DNA of 64,000 nucleotides from Candidatus Peregrinibacteria bacterium (lineage in GTDB: Bacteria; Patescibacteriota; Gracilibacteria; Peribacterales; Peribacteraceae), in NCBI GenBank assembly GCA_043814035.1, contig JBDRKJ010000002.1:136766-200765 (forward strand), given 5' to 3'. The position numbers and the translations under genes are program-made. Positions 1 to 11,049 of this stretch are shown in pieces. The notes beneath the pieces are model-generated. The model ran no database searches, was not told the DNA's origin, and was given only the letters and a program-made list of their open reading frames with translations. Each line of letters begins with the position of its first letter. The first letter of the stretch is position 1.

Positions 1-760
<760 letters not shown>

Positions 761-940
761 CCAGGGAATTTCTCTGGCCCGACATTTTCTTTTAGAAAGT
801 GTACGGGAACGCATGCGCTGGCAGTGCCCTATTGGCCATCATGCATTTCGATTGCCCGGGAGCGCACCGATGTCCCCTTAAGTGGGGTCACCGACCGGAA
901 GACTTCTCTACTCTGCGATGAGGTGAATTTGATCGTGTCT

Positions 941-1002
941 ATGGTTCGACTACGCTCACCATGACACTTGAGTATGTCACCCTGAGCGTAGTCGAAGGGT
1001 GA
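941..1002. repeat. REP-like palindromic pair (TTCGACTACGCTCA...TGAGCGTAGTCGAA)
   Basis: Two inverted units (941-966 and 974-1002). Exact reverse complements of both occur at 20250-20275 and 20295-20323. Confidence 0.9.
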
Positions 1003-1067
1003 TTTCGTACAGGAGCCCGCGCTTCGCGACGGTTTTTGAATTTCAAAAATTGATCATGCCCAGACTT

Positions 1068-1113
1068 CCCTGCCCGTCCGAAGCCCTGAACGAAGTGAAG
1101 GGCGAAGGCGGGT
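1068..1113 (+). repeat. Interspersed GC-rich palindromic repeat (CCTGCCCGTCCGAAGC...GCGAAGGCGGG family)
   Basis: 16 bp identical to 55850-55865; the 14-bp end is the reverse complement of 1987-2000. Confidence 0.8.
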
Positions 1114-1151
1114 CAACCCTGCTGCAGAAAGAACCATCATCCACTTCACGG

Positions 1152-1916
1152 TTACATGAAATAATGGTTTGTTCTCCACCAACGTATTAAAGACGGTTCA
1201 ATGAATCTCTCCTTCCATCTCTTTTGAATGAGAAGATTAATAATCTGCCTGGTTATAGCCGGATCTGCTATCCCCATAGGACCAGACAAGGAATAGTCAA
1301 TAGAACCAATAATATTTTCACTATTTATAACCTCATCAAGCTCTTCTTTTGTAACTTGGTAATGCCTCTGTACATCAATATAAGTATCAGGATCGCATGC
1401 TTCCGATAAATACCACTGCTTTTGATATTGGTTTTTGGGATCTGAATATTCTAATGAAGAAACACAAATAATCGTTGGATAAATTTTGGTCGGTGTTTCA
1501 TTAAAAAGAACTTCTAAATTTCCGACATTACTTTCACGAAGAGGTTTTTGATCAATACGATCAACATTGCATCGGTAATCATAGCCGATAGGGCATCCTA
1601 CGGTGACATAGTAATTCTTAAGCTCAATATATTGAGAATTCTTTGAAGTAAACCTTTCATCAGAGAGTCGCAGATACGTGATTGTTCTAACTCTCAGGTT
1701 TGAAACAAGATCATTTTCTTTTCTCGCATGCAAAAGGTTTCCTGAGAGGACAAGCTGGGCTTGATAACCATAATCATACTCAAATTTGCTACGCTCAAAT
1801 CGAAGGGCCAAGAAACCAATAACAATTGCGAGCAGGCTTAATACTCCGCTGTTCTCTTTCAGTAGGCCCCAAAGCCGTTTAAAGGTTTGCCATACTTGTT
1901 TCAAGAGGAAACACAT
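1152..1916 (-). CDS. Hypothetical single-TM membrane protein, AT-rich
   Basis: 254-aa ORF with an N-terminal hydrophobic segment (VLSLLAIVIGFLAL); visibly lower GC than neighbours. Confidence 0.7.
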   Translation of the reverse strand: MCFLLKQVWQTFKRLWGLLKENSGVLSLLAIVIGFLALRFERSKFEYDYGYQAQLVLSGNLLHARKENDLVSNLRVRTITYLRLSDERFTSKNSQYIELKNYYVTVGCPIGYDYRCNVDRIDQKPLRESNVGNLEVLFNETPTKIYPTIICVSSLEYSDPKNQYQKQWYLSEACDPDTYIDVQRHYQVTKEELDEVINSENIIGSIDYSLSGPMGIADPAITRQIINLLIQKRWKERFIEPSLIRWWRTNHYFM

Positions 1917-1986
1917 AGCGGATCAACTTACTAGCTTTGAGCATGCATTACCAGTGCTCGATTTAGTCGAATTGAGGTCCGCCGCC

Positions 1987-2043
1987 ACCCGCCTTCGCCC
2001 GACTTCTCTGCGTTTCGCCAAGACTACGGACAGGCAGGCAGGG
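1987..2043 (-). repeat. Interspersed palindromic repeat, inverted relative to 1068-1113
   Basis: Reverse complement reads CCTGCCTGTCCGTAGTCTTGGCGAA...GGGCGAAGGCGGGT. Confidence 0.8.
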
Positions 2044-2284
2044 ATGAAACAGAAACACGCACTGCCGTTGAGCACGTGTGAGTGTCTGACAAGAGAGGGG
2101 TTGTAAGATTGATGCGGTTTACTGTTAGGAGGGTAAAGGGGGCAAAGGGGGGCTTAGGGAACCGAATCTCGCCCGGATGACCTCCGGTCGGACGGGCAAG
2201 GTGCCCTAGCCCCCTGACGGAAGAAACTTGTTGGGTAGACAAGAGAAAGTAGAAACCGATGCTTTACATACGCCACAAACAGCA

Positions 2285-2313
2285 TTGACCTTTTAGCCAC
2301 CCCCTCCTATAAG
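2285..2313 (+). promoter_or_regulatory. Putative sigma70 promoter
   Basis: TTGACC-17 bp-TATAAG, 6 nt upstream of the ATG at 2320. Confidence 0.55.
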
Positions 2314-2319
2314 TCCCCT

Positions 2320-2712
2320 ATGCCAGCCCTCGCCGAACTGCCAGACGGAGACGAGCACTCGCTGCCCGAAGGAAACGGCATGGTGAACGTGGAAAACCTG
2401 ACCCCCTTCATGGGCGACCTGCACGAAACGATCGTCGCCAATCTTCTTGGCGGCCGCAGGAATTTTTACGAAGTCATTAATGGGAAACGAGTGGAATTCC
2501 GCCTGCCACAGCCGCAGCAACTGCACGATTTCGTTGCACTGCACCAGGAAGACAGTCATTCGATGGGCGTCGTACTGAAGATCCCTAGCACCCACCCTGG
2601 CCCCGACGGGGAGCACATCTACCACACGGAGAGATTCGAATACAAACGTCCGGAGGCAGGTGAGCAGAAACTACCTGACACATCTTACTTGCCCCTTTTC
2701 TCCCAAAACTGA
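2320..2712 (+). CDS. Hypothetical protein
   Basis: 130-aa ORF with a promoter-like sequence upstream; no recognisable motif. Confidence 0.6.
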   Translation: MPALAELPDGDEHSLPEGNGMVNVENLTPFMGDLHETIVANLLGGRRNFYEVINGKRVEFRLPQPQQLHDFVALHQEDSHSMGVVLKIPSTHPGPDGEHIYHTERFEYKRPEAGEQKLPDTSYLPLFSQN

Positions 2713-3500
2713 GAGAGGTGCGCAAGTAACCTCGCATCGTGGATATTCCCCAGCAAATCCCCTAAAAACCCTTCAATGAAAAGTTCGCGCGCCTTTTTTG
2801 CCGTAATCCCCCTGCTCGCAAAGTAGAAGATGTCCTCGGGATGGATTCGCGAGACAGAGGCCGAGTGGCTGGCCTGTATGTTGTGCGTCTTCACATCGAG
2901 TGAAGGAGTCGCATCGGCACGCGCCGTGGGATCTAAGAGGAGAATCTTTTCTGTCAGGTGAGCCTGCGTGCCCGATGCCTTCGGTCCAATCTCAACAGAT
3001 CCATTGCAAGTAATCTTCGCCTTGCCCTCAGCGACCCCACGGATCGTCACATCGCCTCGGCCATCTTTCGCTGTAAAAATATTCCGCGCAGAGAGCAGAC
3101 ATTTTGTCATTCCTCGACCGTGGACAATCCAATCAATAGAACTTTTTCCACCTACACCTTTCACCTCCGATACTGTGTCGTGCATGCAGGATCCATGTGT
3201 GACATTGAGCAGATGAAGTCGTGCTCCCGCACTCACAGTGATGTGTTGAGAGATTTTTGTACTCTTCTTTCCGTTCCACACAAAAACGACCGCGAGAGAG
3301 GCGCGCGGCTCCAGTGCTATCTCTAAAGAAAGGCGGGAACCTGGGGTAGCGCAGTTTACGAAAAGTGTGTTTTTACTTCCGCGTTTGGCCGTGACGTGCA
3401 GTGCGGGATGACGCCGAGAAAGCGTGAAGCAGAAGGGCTCTTTGGCCTTCCCTTTCACGATCATCTTCTGCGCCGTACCTGAAGATTTGGCTTTCTGCAT
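2685..3500 (-). CDS. sufD: SufD-like Fe-S cluster assembly protein
   Basis: C-terminal motifs LLLDPTARADATPSLDV, ASHSASVSRI, FYFASRGI, LFIEGFL; basic and divergent. Start uncertain. Confidence 0.85.
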   Translation of the reverse strand: MQKAKSSGTAQKMIVKGKAKEPFCFTLSRRHPALHVTAKRGSKNTLFVNCATPGSRLSLEIALEPRASLAVVFVWNGKKSTKISQHITVSAGARLHLLNVTHGSCMHDTVSEVKGVGGKSSIDWIVHGRGMTKCLLSARNIFTAKDGRGDVTIRGVAEGKAKITCNGSVEIGPKASGTQAHLTEKILLLDPTARADATPSLDVKTHNIQASHSASVSRIHPEDIFYFASRGITAKKARELFIEGFLGDLLGNIHDARLLAHLSQFWEKRGK

Positions 3501-3572
3501 GTCTGTACACGGAATACTTGCTAAGTACAAAAACTAGTCTAAAATCTCCTTTGTTCCCTCCCCCACCATAGC

Positions 3573-3902
3573 ATGGTCGCACCTACTCCCCGTGAAGAAA
3601 TCGATCACGAAGAATACGTTGCTCATAAACGTCAGCAAGATGATCAAACGCCCGATCCTGAAGCGAGCCGCACATTGAGCGGACCGGAGGCAGTGGAACG
3701 AGAATCGCGGAGGCTATCCATACTCCTCACGCAATTTCGCGGGCACCCGAGAGTCGATCGCCACCTATCTGAGCAATTTCAAACCGAAACCGAAGCTCTT
3801 CAGCGCAAAGCTGAACAGGCGACAAAGCACAACGAGCAATTCGTGCTCGCAGGGAATATGCGAAACGTGAGCAGGCGCCTCGAAAATCTGCTCGCCGCGT
3901 AA
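3573..3902 (+). CDS. Hypothetical protein
   Basis: 109-aa helical ORF, 2 nt upstream of the next ORF. Confidence 0.6.
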   Translation: MVAPTPREEIDHEEYVAHKRQQDDQTPDPEASRTLSGPEAVERESRRLSILLTQFRGHPRVDRHLSEQFQTETEALQRKAEQATKHNEQFVLAGNMRNVSRRLENLLAA

Positions 3903-3904
3903 TC

Positions 3905-4285
3905 ATGCATCGCACCAATCGGCTTAGAGAGCCGAAGCAGCAGCTACTCTTTCCCGTCAAGCCGCATACGCCCTACACCCGTGCGGTGGAGCGGCTGATC
4001 GAAAAAATGCGTCGGGGTTTTCTGGAATTAGAGGATCTTGAGAAGCGCCTGATCGAACTGGGAATTTTTGAAGAAGAAGGAGAAATTGATTTGCTCTGGG
4101 CACATACAATCTACGGCACTATCGACGATATGCCTCAGCGCGACCATTTCATGAATGTGCTCTGGTATCCCGTGCTGCGCGCACTTGATACACTGAACAA
4201 TAAGGGGCTGCGTGCGCTCCCACATGTCCGACGCGCGCTCATGCGATGTCTCATAGAGCAGAACCAAGGCCGCTCATCCCACTGA
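3905..4285 (+). CDS. Hypothetical protein
   Basis: 126-aa ORF, operon-like spacing with the previous gene. Confidence 0.6.
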   Translation: MHRTNRLREPKQQLLFPVKPHTPYTRAVERLIEKMRRGFLELEDLEKRLIELGIFEEEGEIDLLWAHTIYGTIDDMPQRDHFMNVLWYPVLRALDTLNNKGLRALPHVRRALMRCLIEQNQGRSSH

Positions 4286-4310
4286 TCCCTCCGACCTTCG
4301 CAGAAGGTTG

Positions 4311-4366
4311 CCCGCCGCAACCTTGCTTGCCGGACGTAGCCTTGGCGAAGTCTGGGCGAAGGTGGG
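4311..4366 (+). repeat. Nested palindromic repeat (CCGGACGTAGCCTTGGCGAAGTCTGG inside CCCGCCGCAACCTTG|GCGAAGGTGGG)
   Basis: Lies between convergent genes; same CGTAGCCTTGGCGAAG-type core as the 1987-2043 copy. Confidence 0.7.
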
Positions 4367-4415
4367 CATCTGTACTCTGCAAACAATGTCCTTCTGCTTC
4401 GGCCGGCAAGCCATC

Positions 4416-5804
4416 TCAGCCAACTGATCCTTCCATCTCCATTTCAATCAATCTGTTCATTTCAACGGCATACTCCAGCGGGATCTGCTGCATGACCGGT
4501 TCCACGAACCCCCGCACGATCATCGTTTTAGCTTCAGGCTCCGAAAGGCCCCGTGACATGGCGTAAAAAAGATCTTCTTCCGAGAGCTTGCCCACTGTTG
4601 CCTCATGCGCGATGGTCGCATCATCGGTCCCGATCTGGAGATCCGGGACAGTGGCCGTGCTGCTCTTTGCATCGAGAAGGAGCGCATCACACTGAATGCT
4701 CGCCGTAGTGTCTTTGGCTTCGGGTGCGACCTTCAGGAGCCCACGGTAGACCGTCCGACCGCCATCCCTGCTGACAGATTTACTGACGACGACACTCGAC
4801 GTGTGCGCAGCAAGATGAATGACTTTGGCACCCGTATCCTGCCACTGGCCTTTGCCGGCCATGGCCAGCCCCAGATGTTCGCAGCGTGCACCTTCGCCCG
4901 TGAGCACGGAACAGGGATAGAGCATGGTGACACCGCTCCCCAGATTCCCCCCCACCCACTCCATTGTCGCGTCACGCTCCACAATTGCCCGTTTCGTATT
5001 TAGGTTGTAGGTATCCTGGCTCCAGTTCTCAACCGAGGAGTAGCGCATGCGTGCTCCAGGTTTGACGAAGATCTCGACGCATCCCGCATGCAGTGATGGG
5101 CTGCCATACTTTGGTGCGGAGCAGCCCTCGATGTAGTGCGCCTGCGCCCCCTCTTCCACAATGATGAGTGTGTGTTCGAATTGCCCCATGCCGCGTGCAT
5201 TCATCCGGAAGTATGACTGCAAGGGCTCGAACACCTCTACGCCGGCCGGCACATAGAGGAACGTCCCTCCGCTCCACACGGCGCCGTGTAGTGCGGCAAA
5301 TGCATGGTCCATCGGACGCACACAGCGCATGAAGTGCTCGCGAACGAGATCGGGATGTGTACGCACCGCTTCATCCATGTCGAGAAAGATCACACCTCGC
5401 TCTTCCCACTCCTCCTTGAGCCGATGGTAGATCACATCACTCTCATACTGTGCACCGGCACCCCCCAACATCTGATATTCCGCTTGAGGAATGCCTAGTC
5501 GTTCGTACACACGGCGAATATCATCGGGAATCTCGGTCCAATCATCAGTCTGTGCAACTCCGGGGCTGGCGTAGAAGAGAATACGATCGAGATCGAGCCC
5601 CGAGAGATCCGGACCCCACAGAGGCAGAGTGAATTTTCGAAAGAGACGCAGGCACTTCAGTCGATGCTGGAGCATCCATTGTGGCTCACCTTTCTCCTCA
5701 CTGATCCGACGCACCAATGCCTCACTAAGCCCGCGCTTGAGACCCTTCGCGTAGAGAGTGGGGTTGGGAATCTCAAGGGCGGCGTGCGACGTGGAGCGAG
5801 ACAT
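4416..5804 (-). CDS. sufB: Fe-S cluster assembly protein SufB
   Basis: GAQYESDVIY, AVWSGGTF, GQFEHTLII, HYIEGCSAP, NLNTKRA, HEATVGK, YAMSRGL, LEYAVEMNRLIEMEMEGSVG. Confidence 0.97.
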   Translation of the reverse strand: MSRSTSHAALEIPNPTLYAKGLKRGLSEALVRRISEEKGEPQWMLQHRLKCLRLFRKFTLPLWGPDLSGLDLDRILFYASPGVAQTDDWTEIPDDIRRVYERLGIPQAEYQMLGGAGAQYESDVIYHRLKEEWEERGVIFLDMDEAVRTHPDLVREHFMRCVRPMDHAFAALHGAVWSGGTFLYVPAGVEVFEPLQSYFRMNARGMGQFEHTLIIVEEGAQAHYIEGCSAPKYGSPSLHAGCVEIFVKPGARMRYSSVENWSQDTYNLNTKRAIVERDATMEWVGGNLGSGVTMLYPCSVLTGEGARCEHLGLAMAGKGQWQDTGAKVIHLAAHTSSVVVSKSVSRDGGRTVYRGLLKVAPEAKDTTASIQCDALLLDAKSSTATVPDLQIGTDDATIAHEATVGKLSEEDLFYAMSRGLSEPEAKTMIVRGFVEPVMQQIPLEYAVEMNRLIEMEMEGSVG

Positions 5805-5988
5805 AATTGTGAGTGGAGTCTACGGGATCGGAATGGATGAGAGAACAAGGATCCCCTATGCAGAAATGGCTATTTTTGCGTAAATTTGCTAATAGCTAAA
5901 AAGGACGGAAAGCAGGCTTATCATCCAAAATTCCCGTGAAAATGCCAAACAAACATTTTATGATGTGGTATAATAGTAGAACATTCCT

Positions 5989-7770
5989 ATGTGGACCCCA
6001 CTTTCCCTCCTCCGGCGCTTCGGAGCGGCCCTCAAGTCCTTCATCTGGCGGCATCCCATCTGGTCTGTCGTACTCGGAATTTTTGGTCTGCTCTTCGCTC
6101 TGCTCCTGTGGTACATCTTCTCGCCCGTACAGCCTGAGATGATCACCGATGTGGTGCGTCGCGGTGATCTTGTGCAAAAGGTGGAGGCTGTAGGCACTAT
6201 TACTTCTGACCGTGATGTGAATCTGAAATTCCCGATTACAGGAATTATGTCCGCCATATCGGTAAAGGAAGGCGACAAGGTAATCGCAGGTCAGGAACTG
6301 GCCAAGCTCCGCAATGAATCATTCGCGGCTGATCTTGCCGCAGCGTCGGCACAGTGGCGGCAGGCACAGGCAAGCTACCAGGAACTTGTCGAGGGAACGC
6401 GTCCCGAAGACATCGTCATCGCCGAAGCTGAAGTGGCCAATAAACGTGCAGCCCTCGAAGCCGCACGAGCAGATCTCGTGAGCGCCGAAGACAAATTGCG
6501 CACCTCGGAACAGAAACTTCAGACTATTCGCTCAGAAGCCGACACGAATCTCGCCGGGTACATTACGACGTCTTCGAGTGCGTGTACGCAGCAGATTTCG
6601 CTCACCAAAACGTCCCTCAGTACACTCGATGACATCTTCATCAATTCGATCATAACCGACATGGCCAAACAGTACCGCACTACGTCGTACAATATTTTTC
6701 GGTCTGACTGGACCTTGGCCCAGAGCGCTCTCGATGCGTTCTTGTGTGCGGGCGGTTTCATGACCTATGACGCTGCTCTCGAAACGATGCAACGTGCGAC
6801 GGTGATCATCACACAAGCAACGAATGTTCTTCAAGAAGCCTATGCGCTCATCGCCGACCTGCCGATTACCACGGCCTACGATACGGCGACACGCGAAGCC
6901 AACAAAACATCCATTGGCACCGAAAAGGCGAGCGTGCAGGAAGCAGCGAGTGCCATCAATACCGCAATGAGTGACCTGCGTGATGCGTCTGCCAGCTACG
7001 ACACGAGCGTTGCGACAGAAGAGAACACGTACGCTGCTGCCAAAGCAGCCAAGCAGACTGCAGAATCCGCAATTATTACGTACGAAACCTCCCTGCGCAC
7101 ACAGGAGGCACAACTTGCACTCAAGAAAGCTGGTCCACGTGAGACGCAGCTCGCTGCCTCACGGGCAAATATGAACGCCGTCGGAGCAAATGTGGCCAAG
7201 GCTCGCGCAAAGCTCGAAGACTCCATCATCCGCGCACCTGCAGATGGCATTATTACGAAAGTAGATTTTAAGGAAGGAGAATTCACAGGGGACCCCGATA
7301 ATGCAAACCACTCGATCACCATGCTCGGTGCTTCGCCCTTCCGTGTCGAGATGTTCCTCTCAGAGGTCGATATTCCCAAGGTACAGCTTTCGCAGAGCGG
7401 CTCCATTGAGCTTGATGCGTTCCCGGGAGTGAACTACGCGCTCAAGGTCACGTCAATCGAGCCGGGGCCCACCAAGATCGATGGCGTCTCGAAGTATCGC
7501 GTGAGCTTAAACTTCGTATACCCGCACGATGAATTCAAGATCGGCATGACGGGCGACGCTGAAATCATCACAGGAGAGCGCAAAGATGTATTGCTCGCTC
7601 CGGTACGGTCCGTCATTCAGAAAAACGGCGAAGGCAAGGTTATCCGTATCCTCGAAAACGGAAAAGTTGTCGACAAACCCGTGACGACCGGCATGGAATC
7701 CGATACCGATGTCGAAGTTGTCACTGGACTTACCGAAGAGGAGACTGTGATCGTCCTCATTAAGCAGTAA
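5989..7770 (+). CDS. Efflux membrane-fusion (MacA/HlyD-family) adaptor with long coiled coil
   Basis: N-terminal TM, VKEGDKVIAGQELAKL, IIRAPADGIITKV, GMTGDAEII. Confidence 0.92.
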   Translation: MWTPLSLLRRFGAALKSFIWRHPIWSVVLGIFGLLFALLLWYIFSPVQPEMITDVVRRGDLVQKVEAVGTITSDRDVNLKFPITGIMSAISVKEGDKVIAGQELAKLRNESFAADLAAASAQWRQAQASYQELVEGTRPEDIVIAEAEVANKRAALEAARADLVSAEDKLRTSEQKLQTIRSEADTNLAGYITTSSSACTQQISLTKTSLSTLDDIFINSIITDMAKQYRTTSYNIFRSDWTLAQSALDAFLCAGGFMTYDAALETMQRATVIITQATNVLQEAYALIADLPITTAYDTATREANKTSIGTEKASVQEAASAINTAMSDLRDASASYDTSVATEENTYAAAKAAKQTAESAIITYETSLRTQEAQLALKKAGPRETQLAASRANMNAVGANVAKARAKLEDSIIRAPADGIITKVDFKEGEFTGDPDNANHSITMLGASPFRVEMFLSEVDIPKVQLSQSGSIELDAFPGVNYALKVTSIEPGPTKIDGVSKYRVSLNFVYPHDEFKIGMTGDAEIITGERKDVLLAPVRSVIQKNGEGKVIRILENGKVVDKPVTTGMESDTDVEVVTGLTEEETVIVLIKQ

Positions 7771-7772
7771 TC

Positions 7773-8513
7773 ATGCCAAAAAAAGAATCTTCGCCTCTGA
7801 TCGAAGCCAAGAACCTCTACAAATCGTACTTCAACGAGACGATCGAAACTCCTGTGCTTTACGATATCAACTTACAAATCAATGCAGGAGAATTTGTGGC
7901 CATCATGGGCCCATCAGGGTCAGGAAAATCCACGCTCATGCATATCTTGGGCTTTTTGGATGTTCCGACAAAAGGTCACTATCACTTTAAGGGCGAATCC
8001 ACAGAGCAGAAGGAGGAGGATGAACTGGCGCGCATTCGTTCTTCGAGTGTAAGTTTCGTGTTCCAGTCTTTCAACCTACTGCCACGAACGAGTGTTATCG
8101 ATAATGTTTCACTCCCACTCCTCTATCACAGCGCCACTCGCCCAGTCGATCGCCTTGCTCGTGCCATGAAGGCCATTAAGGCTGTCGGTCTCACGGACCG
8201 CGCCACGTATCTGAGTAATCAGCTCTCAGGCGGACAGCAGCAGCGTGTGGCTATTGCGCGTGCCCTCGTCACGGAGCCAGAGATCATTTTTGCCGACGAG
8301 CCTACCGGAAACCTAGACTCCGCATCGGGCAAACAGGTGATGGAAATCCTGCAGAAACTCCATCAAGCAGGGCACACAATCATTCTCGTCACACACGAAA
8401 AAACGACAGCAGAGCACGCCGAGCGCATCATCCAAATTATGGATGGCCGCATCGTTGCAGATAACAAAGCGTTCACGCGTCGCATTGCCAATCAGGTAAA
8501 AGATTTCAAGTAA
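7773..8513 (+). CDS. ABC transporter ATP-binding protein (MacB/LolD family)
   Basis: [33 protein letters not shown]. Confidence 0.96.
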   Translation: MPKKESSPLIEAKNLYKSYFNETIETPVLYDINLQINAGEFVAIMGPSGSGKSTLMHILGFLDVPTKGHYHFKGESTEQKEEDELARIRSSSVSFVFQSFNLLPRTSVIDNVSLPLLYHSATRPVDRLARAMKAIKAVGLTDRATYLSNQLSGGQQQRVAIARALVTEPEIIFADEPTGNLDSASGKQVMEILQKLHQAGHTIILVTHEKTTAEHAERIIQIMDGRIVADNKAFTRRIANQVKDFK

Positions 8514-8523
8514 TTCCTTGCCA

Positions 8524-9762
8524 ATGCAACTTCGCGATACCGTCACCATCGCGCTCAAAGCAGTGAAGGGCAATAGTGCCCGATCTCTTCTCACTATGCT
8601 CGGCATCATCATTGGTGTCGGTGCTGTGGTGCTTATGACGAGCGTGGGAGAGAGCATGCAAAGCGTCATCTTAGGGCAGATTAGTGCACTCGGGCCCAAG
8701 ACCATTGCCATGTGGCCGGGCGAGAACGGCCCGGAGCAGGGAGCGGCCACGCTCAATCCCGATTTCGATAGCTTCACCCTCAATGACGTAGATGCCCTGA
8801 AAAAACTTCAGACTATTTCGAATGTTGCCCCCATCATTTTTGTACAGGGTAAAACCACCTATGGTACCGAGCAGACCGATACGCGCGTCGTAGGCACTAC
8901 GCCGGACTACTACTTGAACCAAGTTGTCGATGCTGCCGAGGGACGCCTGCATGACGAGCAGGATGAATTGGAGGGACGTGCAGTTGCTGTACTCGGACCC
9001 GATACCGCCAAGGATCTCTTCTTCAATCAGAGCCCGCTCGGCAAGCGCATCGAGATTGGCAATAAGAAGTACACGGTCATCGGTGTGCTGGAGTCGGTAG
9101 GATCGCAATTTTTTCAGAACATGGATGAGCGGATCATCATCCCCTTCGAGACAGCCCACATCGTTTCGCAGCGCTCCTACGTCGACATGGTCACGGCAAT
9201 GTCGACAGGCGACACGGCAGACGCTGTTGCCGATATTCAGTTCTTGCTCCGCCGCCGTCACAACATCATTCCTCCAGAGACGGGGCCAGAGACGGACAAT
9301 GACGACTTTCTCGTCCGCACCGCAGAACAAGCACAGGAAATTTTGGGCACAGTATCTGTAAGCCTGACCGCCTTTATCACAATGATCGCAACAATTTCAC
9401 TCGTTGTCGGCGGCATCGGCATTATGAACATAATGCTTGTTGCCGTGACGGAACGCACCCGTGAGATCGGCCTGCGCAAAGCCCTTGGAGCGCGCCGAAA
9501 TGACATCCTGCTGCAATTCCTCATCGAGGCCATTGTCCTCACATTGCTCGGGGGCCTGATTGGCATGCTGCTCGGCGTAGGCTTAAATGCCATCATTGTT
9601 GGCATCGCACGAAAATTCCTCGACCGATACATTTTTGCTTTGAATCCCATCGCCATGTTCGCCGCCTTGATCATGGCAGGGGGCACCGGGCTCGTCTTTG
9701 GTATTTATCCTGCCCGCAAAGCCGCAGACCTCAATCCAATCGAAGCTCTTCGCTACGAATAA
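8524..9762 (+). CDS. ABC transporter permease (MacB/FtsX family)
   Basis: [49 protein letters not shown]. Confidence 0.95.
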   Translation: MQLRDTVTIALKAVKGNSARSLLTMLGIIIGVGAVVLMTSVGESMQSVILGQISALGPKTIAMWPGENGPEQGAATLNPDFDSFTLNDVDALKKLQTISNVAPIIFVQGKTTYGTEQTDTRVVGTTPDYYLNQVVDAAEGRLHDEQDELEGRAVAVLGPDTAKDLFFNQSPLGKRIEIGNKKYTVIGVLESVGSQFFQNMDERIIIPFETAHIVSQRSYVDMVTAMSTGDTADAVADIQFLLRRRHNIIPPETGPETDNDDFLVRTAEQAQEILGTVSVSLTAFITMIATISLVVGGIGIMNIMLVAVTERTREIGLRKALGARRNDILLQFLIEAIVLTLLGGLIGMLLGVGLNAIIVGIARKFLDRYIFALNPIAMFAALIMAGGTGLVFGIYPARKAADLNPIEALRYE

Positions 9763-10979
9763 TGCGTATACAAGACACTCTCCGATCGGCCCTCGAAGGA
9801 CTCACCCGCAACATCTCGCGATCGCTGCTCACAACGCTCGGCATCATCATTGGCGTGGGTTCTGTAGTACTGATGGTTTCAGTCGGTGCGACCTTTCAGA
9901 ACTTTATCTTAGACCAGTTGAGCGATTTTAGTGCAAGCACATTTGAGATTCATTCCAAAGGACTGCAGGAATTCGGCAAAGAAACCAACACGCTCACAGA
10001 GGGCGACGCAGAGGCGCTTGCCAAGCTCTCGACGGTCAAAAATGTTGTTCCCGTGATCTTCGTCGCGCAGAAAGTAAAATTCGGAACGCAGGAAGCGAGC
10101 CCTATGATTCTAGGATCAACCAAAGACATCTTCGAAAACTGGTCTATGAAGGTTACCAATGGACGCCTGCTCAGTGATGGAGACCTGAAAGGGGGCCAAA
10201 GCGTCGTCGTTTTGGGTGGGAAAACTGCTGAAGACCTCTTCGGAAACTCGGATCCACTGGGTAAACGTATTAGTGTTGGGGAGCGTAAATTCACTGTCGT
10301 CGGTGTTCTCAAAACTCTCGGAGGAGCAATGGGGGCACAGATGGATACACCTATCTACGTCCCATTCACTGTCGCACAAACCCTGACGAACAAGGGGCGC
10401 TACATCGACTACATTTCTCTTCAGGCTGTAGGCAACATCGATCTCGCGACCGAGGATATTAAGTCGCTGCTTCGTCAGCGCCACAACATCGATAATCCGA
10501 ATGATGATCCTGATAAGGATGACTTCGTTTCCCGTTCATTTGCACAGGCAACGGAAATCATCGGCACAGTCACACTTTCGATCACCATCTTCCTCGGCCT
10601 CATCGCCGGCATTTCACTTGTTGTCGGGGGCATCGGCATTATGAACATCATGCTGGTCTCTGTTTCAGAACGAACAAAGGAGATCGGTCTACGTAAAGCA
10701 GTGGGTGCCCGTCGAAGTGACATTTTATTGCAGTTCCTCATCGAGGCTGTTGCCCTTACGCTGCTTGGAGGACTCATTGGTATTGTTGGAGGCGGCCTCC
10801 TCGGGTTCCTCATGACAAGGCTCGCTGCAAAGTTCCTCGGCGACCTCTCATTTGCTCTCACAATCAGCTCTATTCTGCTCTCTATCGGTATGGCAGTGGG
10901 AACCGGATTGATCTTCGGTCTCTACCCTGCAAGACGCGCCGCCAAGTTACACCCCATTGAAGCAATGCGCTTCGAGTAG
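9762..10979 (+). CDS. ABC transporter permease (MacB/FtsX family), paralog
   Basis: Same motifs: VSERTKEIGLRKAVGA, PIEAMRFE. Confidence 0.95.
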   Translation: MRIQDTLRSALEGLTRNISRSLLTTLGIIIGVGSVVLMVSVGATFQNFILDQLSDFSASTFEIHSKGLQEFGKETNTLTEGDAEALAKLSTVKNVVPVIFVAQKVKFGTQEASPMILGSTKDIFENWSMKVTNGRLLSDGDLKGGQSVVVLGGKTAEDLFGNSDPLGKRISVGERKFTVVGVLKTLGGAMGAQMDTPIYVPFTVAQTLTNKGRYIDYISLQAVGNIDLATEDIKSLLRQRHNIDNPNDDPDKDDFVSRSFAQATEIIGTVTLSITIFLGLIAGISLVVGGIGIMNIMLVSVSERTKEIGLRKAVGARRSDILLQFLIEAVALTLLGGLIGIVGGGLLGFLMTRLAAKFLGDLSFALTISSILLSIGMAVGTGLIFGLYPARRAAKLHPIEAMRFE

Positions 10980-11049
10980 CCAAAATCACCACTCTTGCAC
11001 GTAAGGGTGGGGTCGGGAGACAATGTGTTTCCTTTCCCCATTTCTATCC

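Noticed and set aside
761-930. tRNA in the post-16S spacer
   Set aside because: No cloverleaf with a T-loop and acceptor stem could be built.
9400-10760. Nucleotide similarity between about 9400-9530 and 10610-10750
   Set aside because: Explained by conserved motifs of the two paralogous MacB-type permeases.
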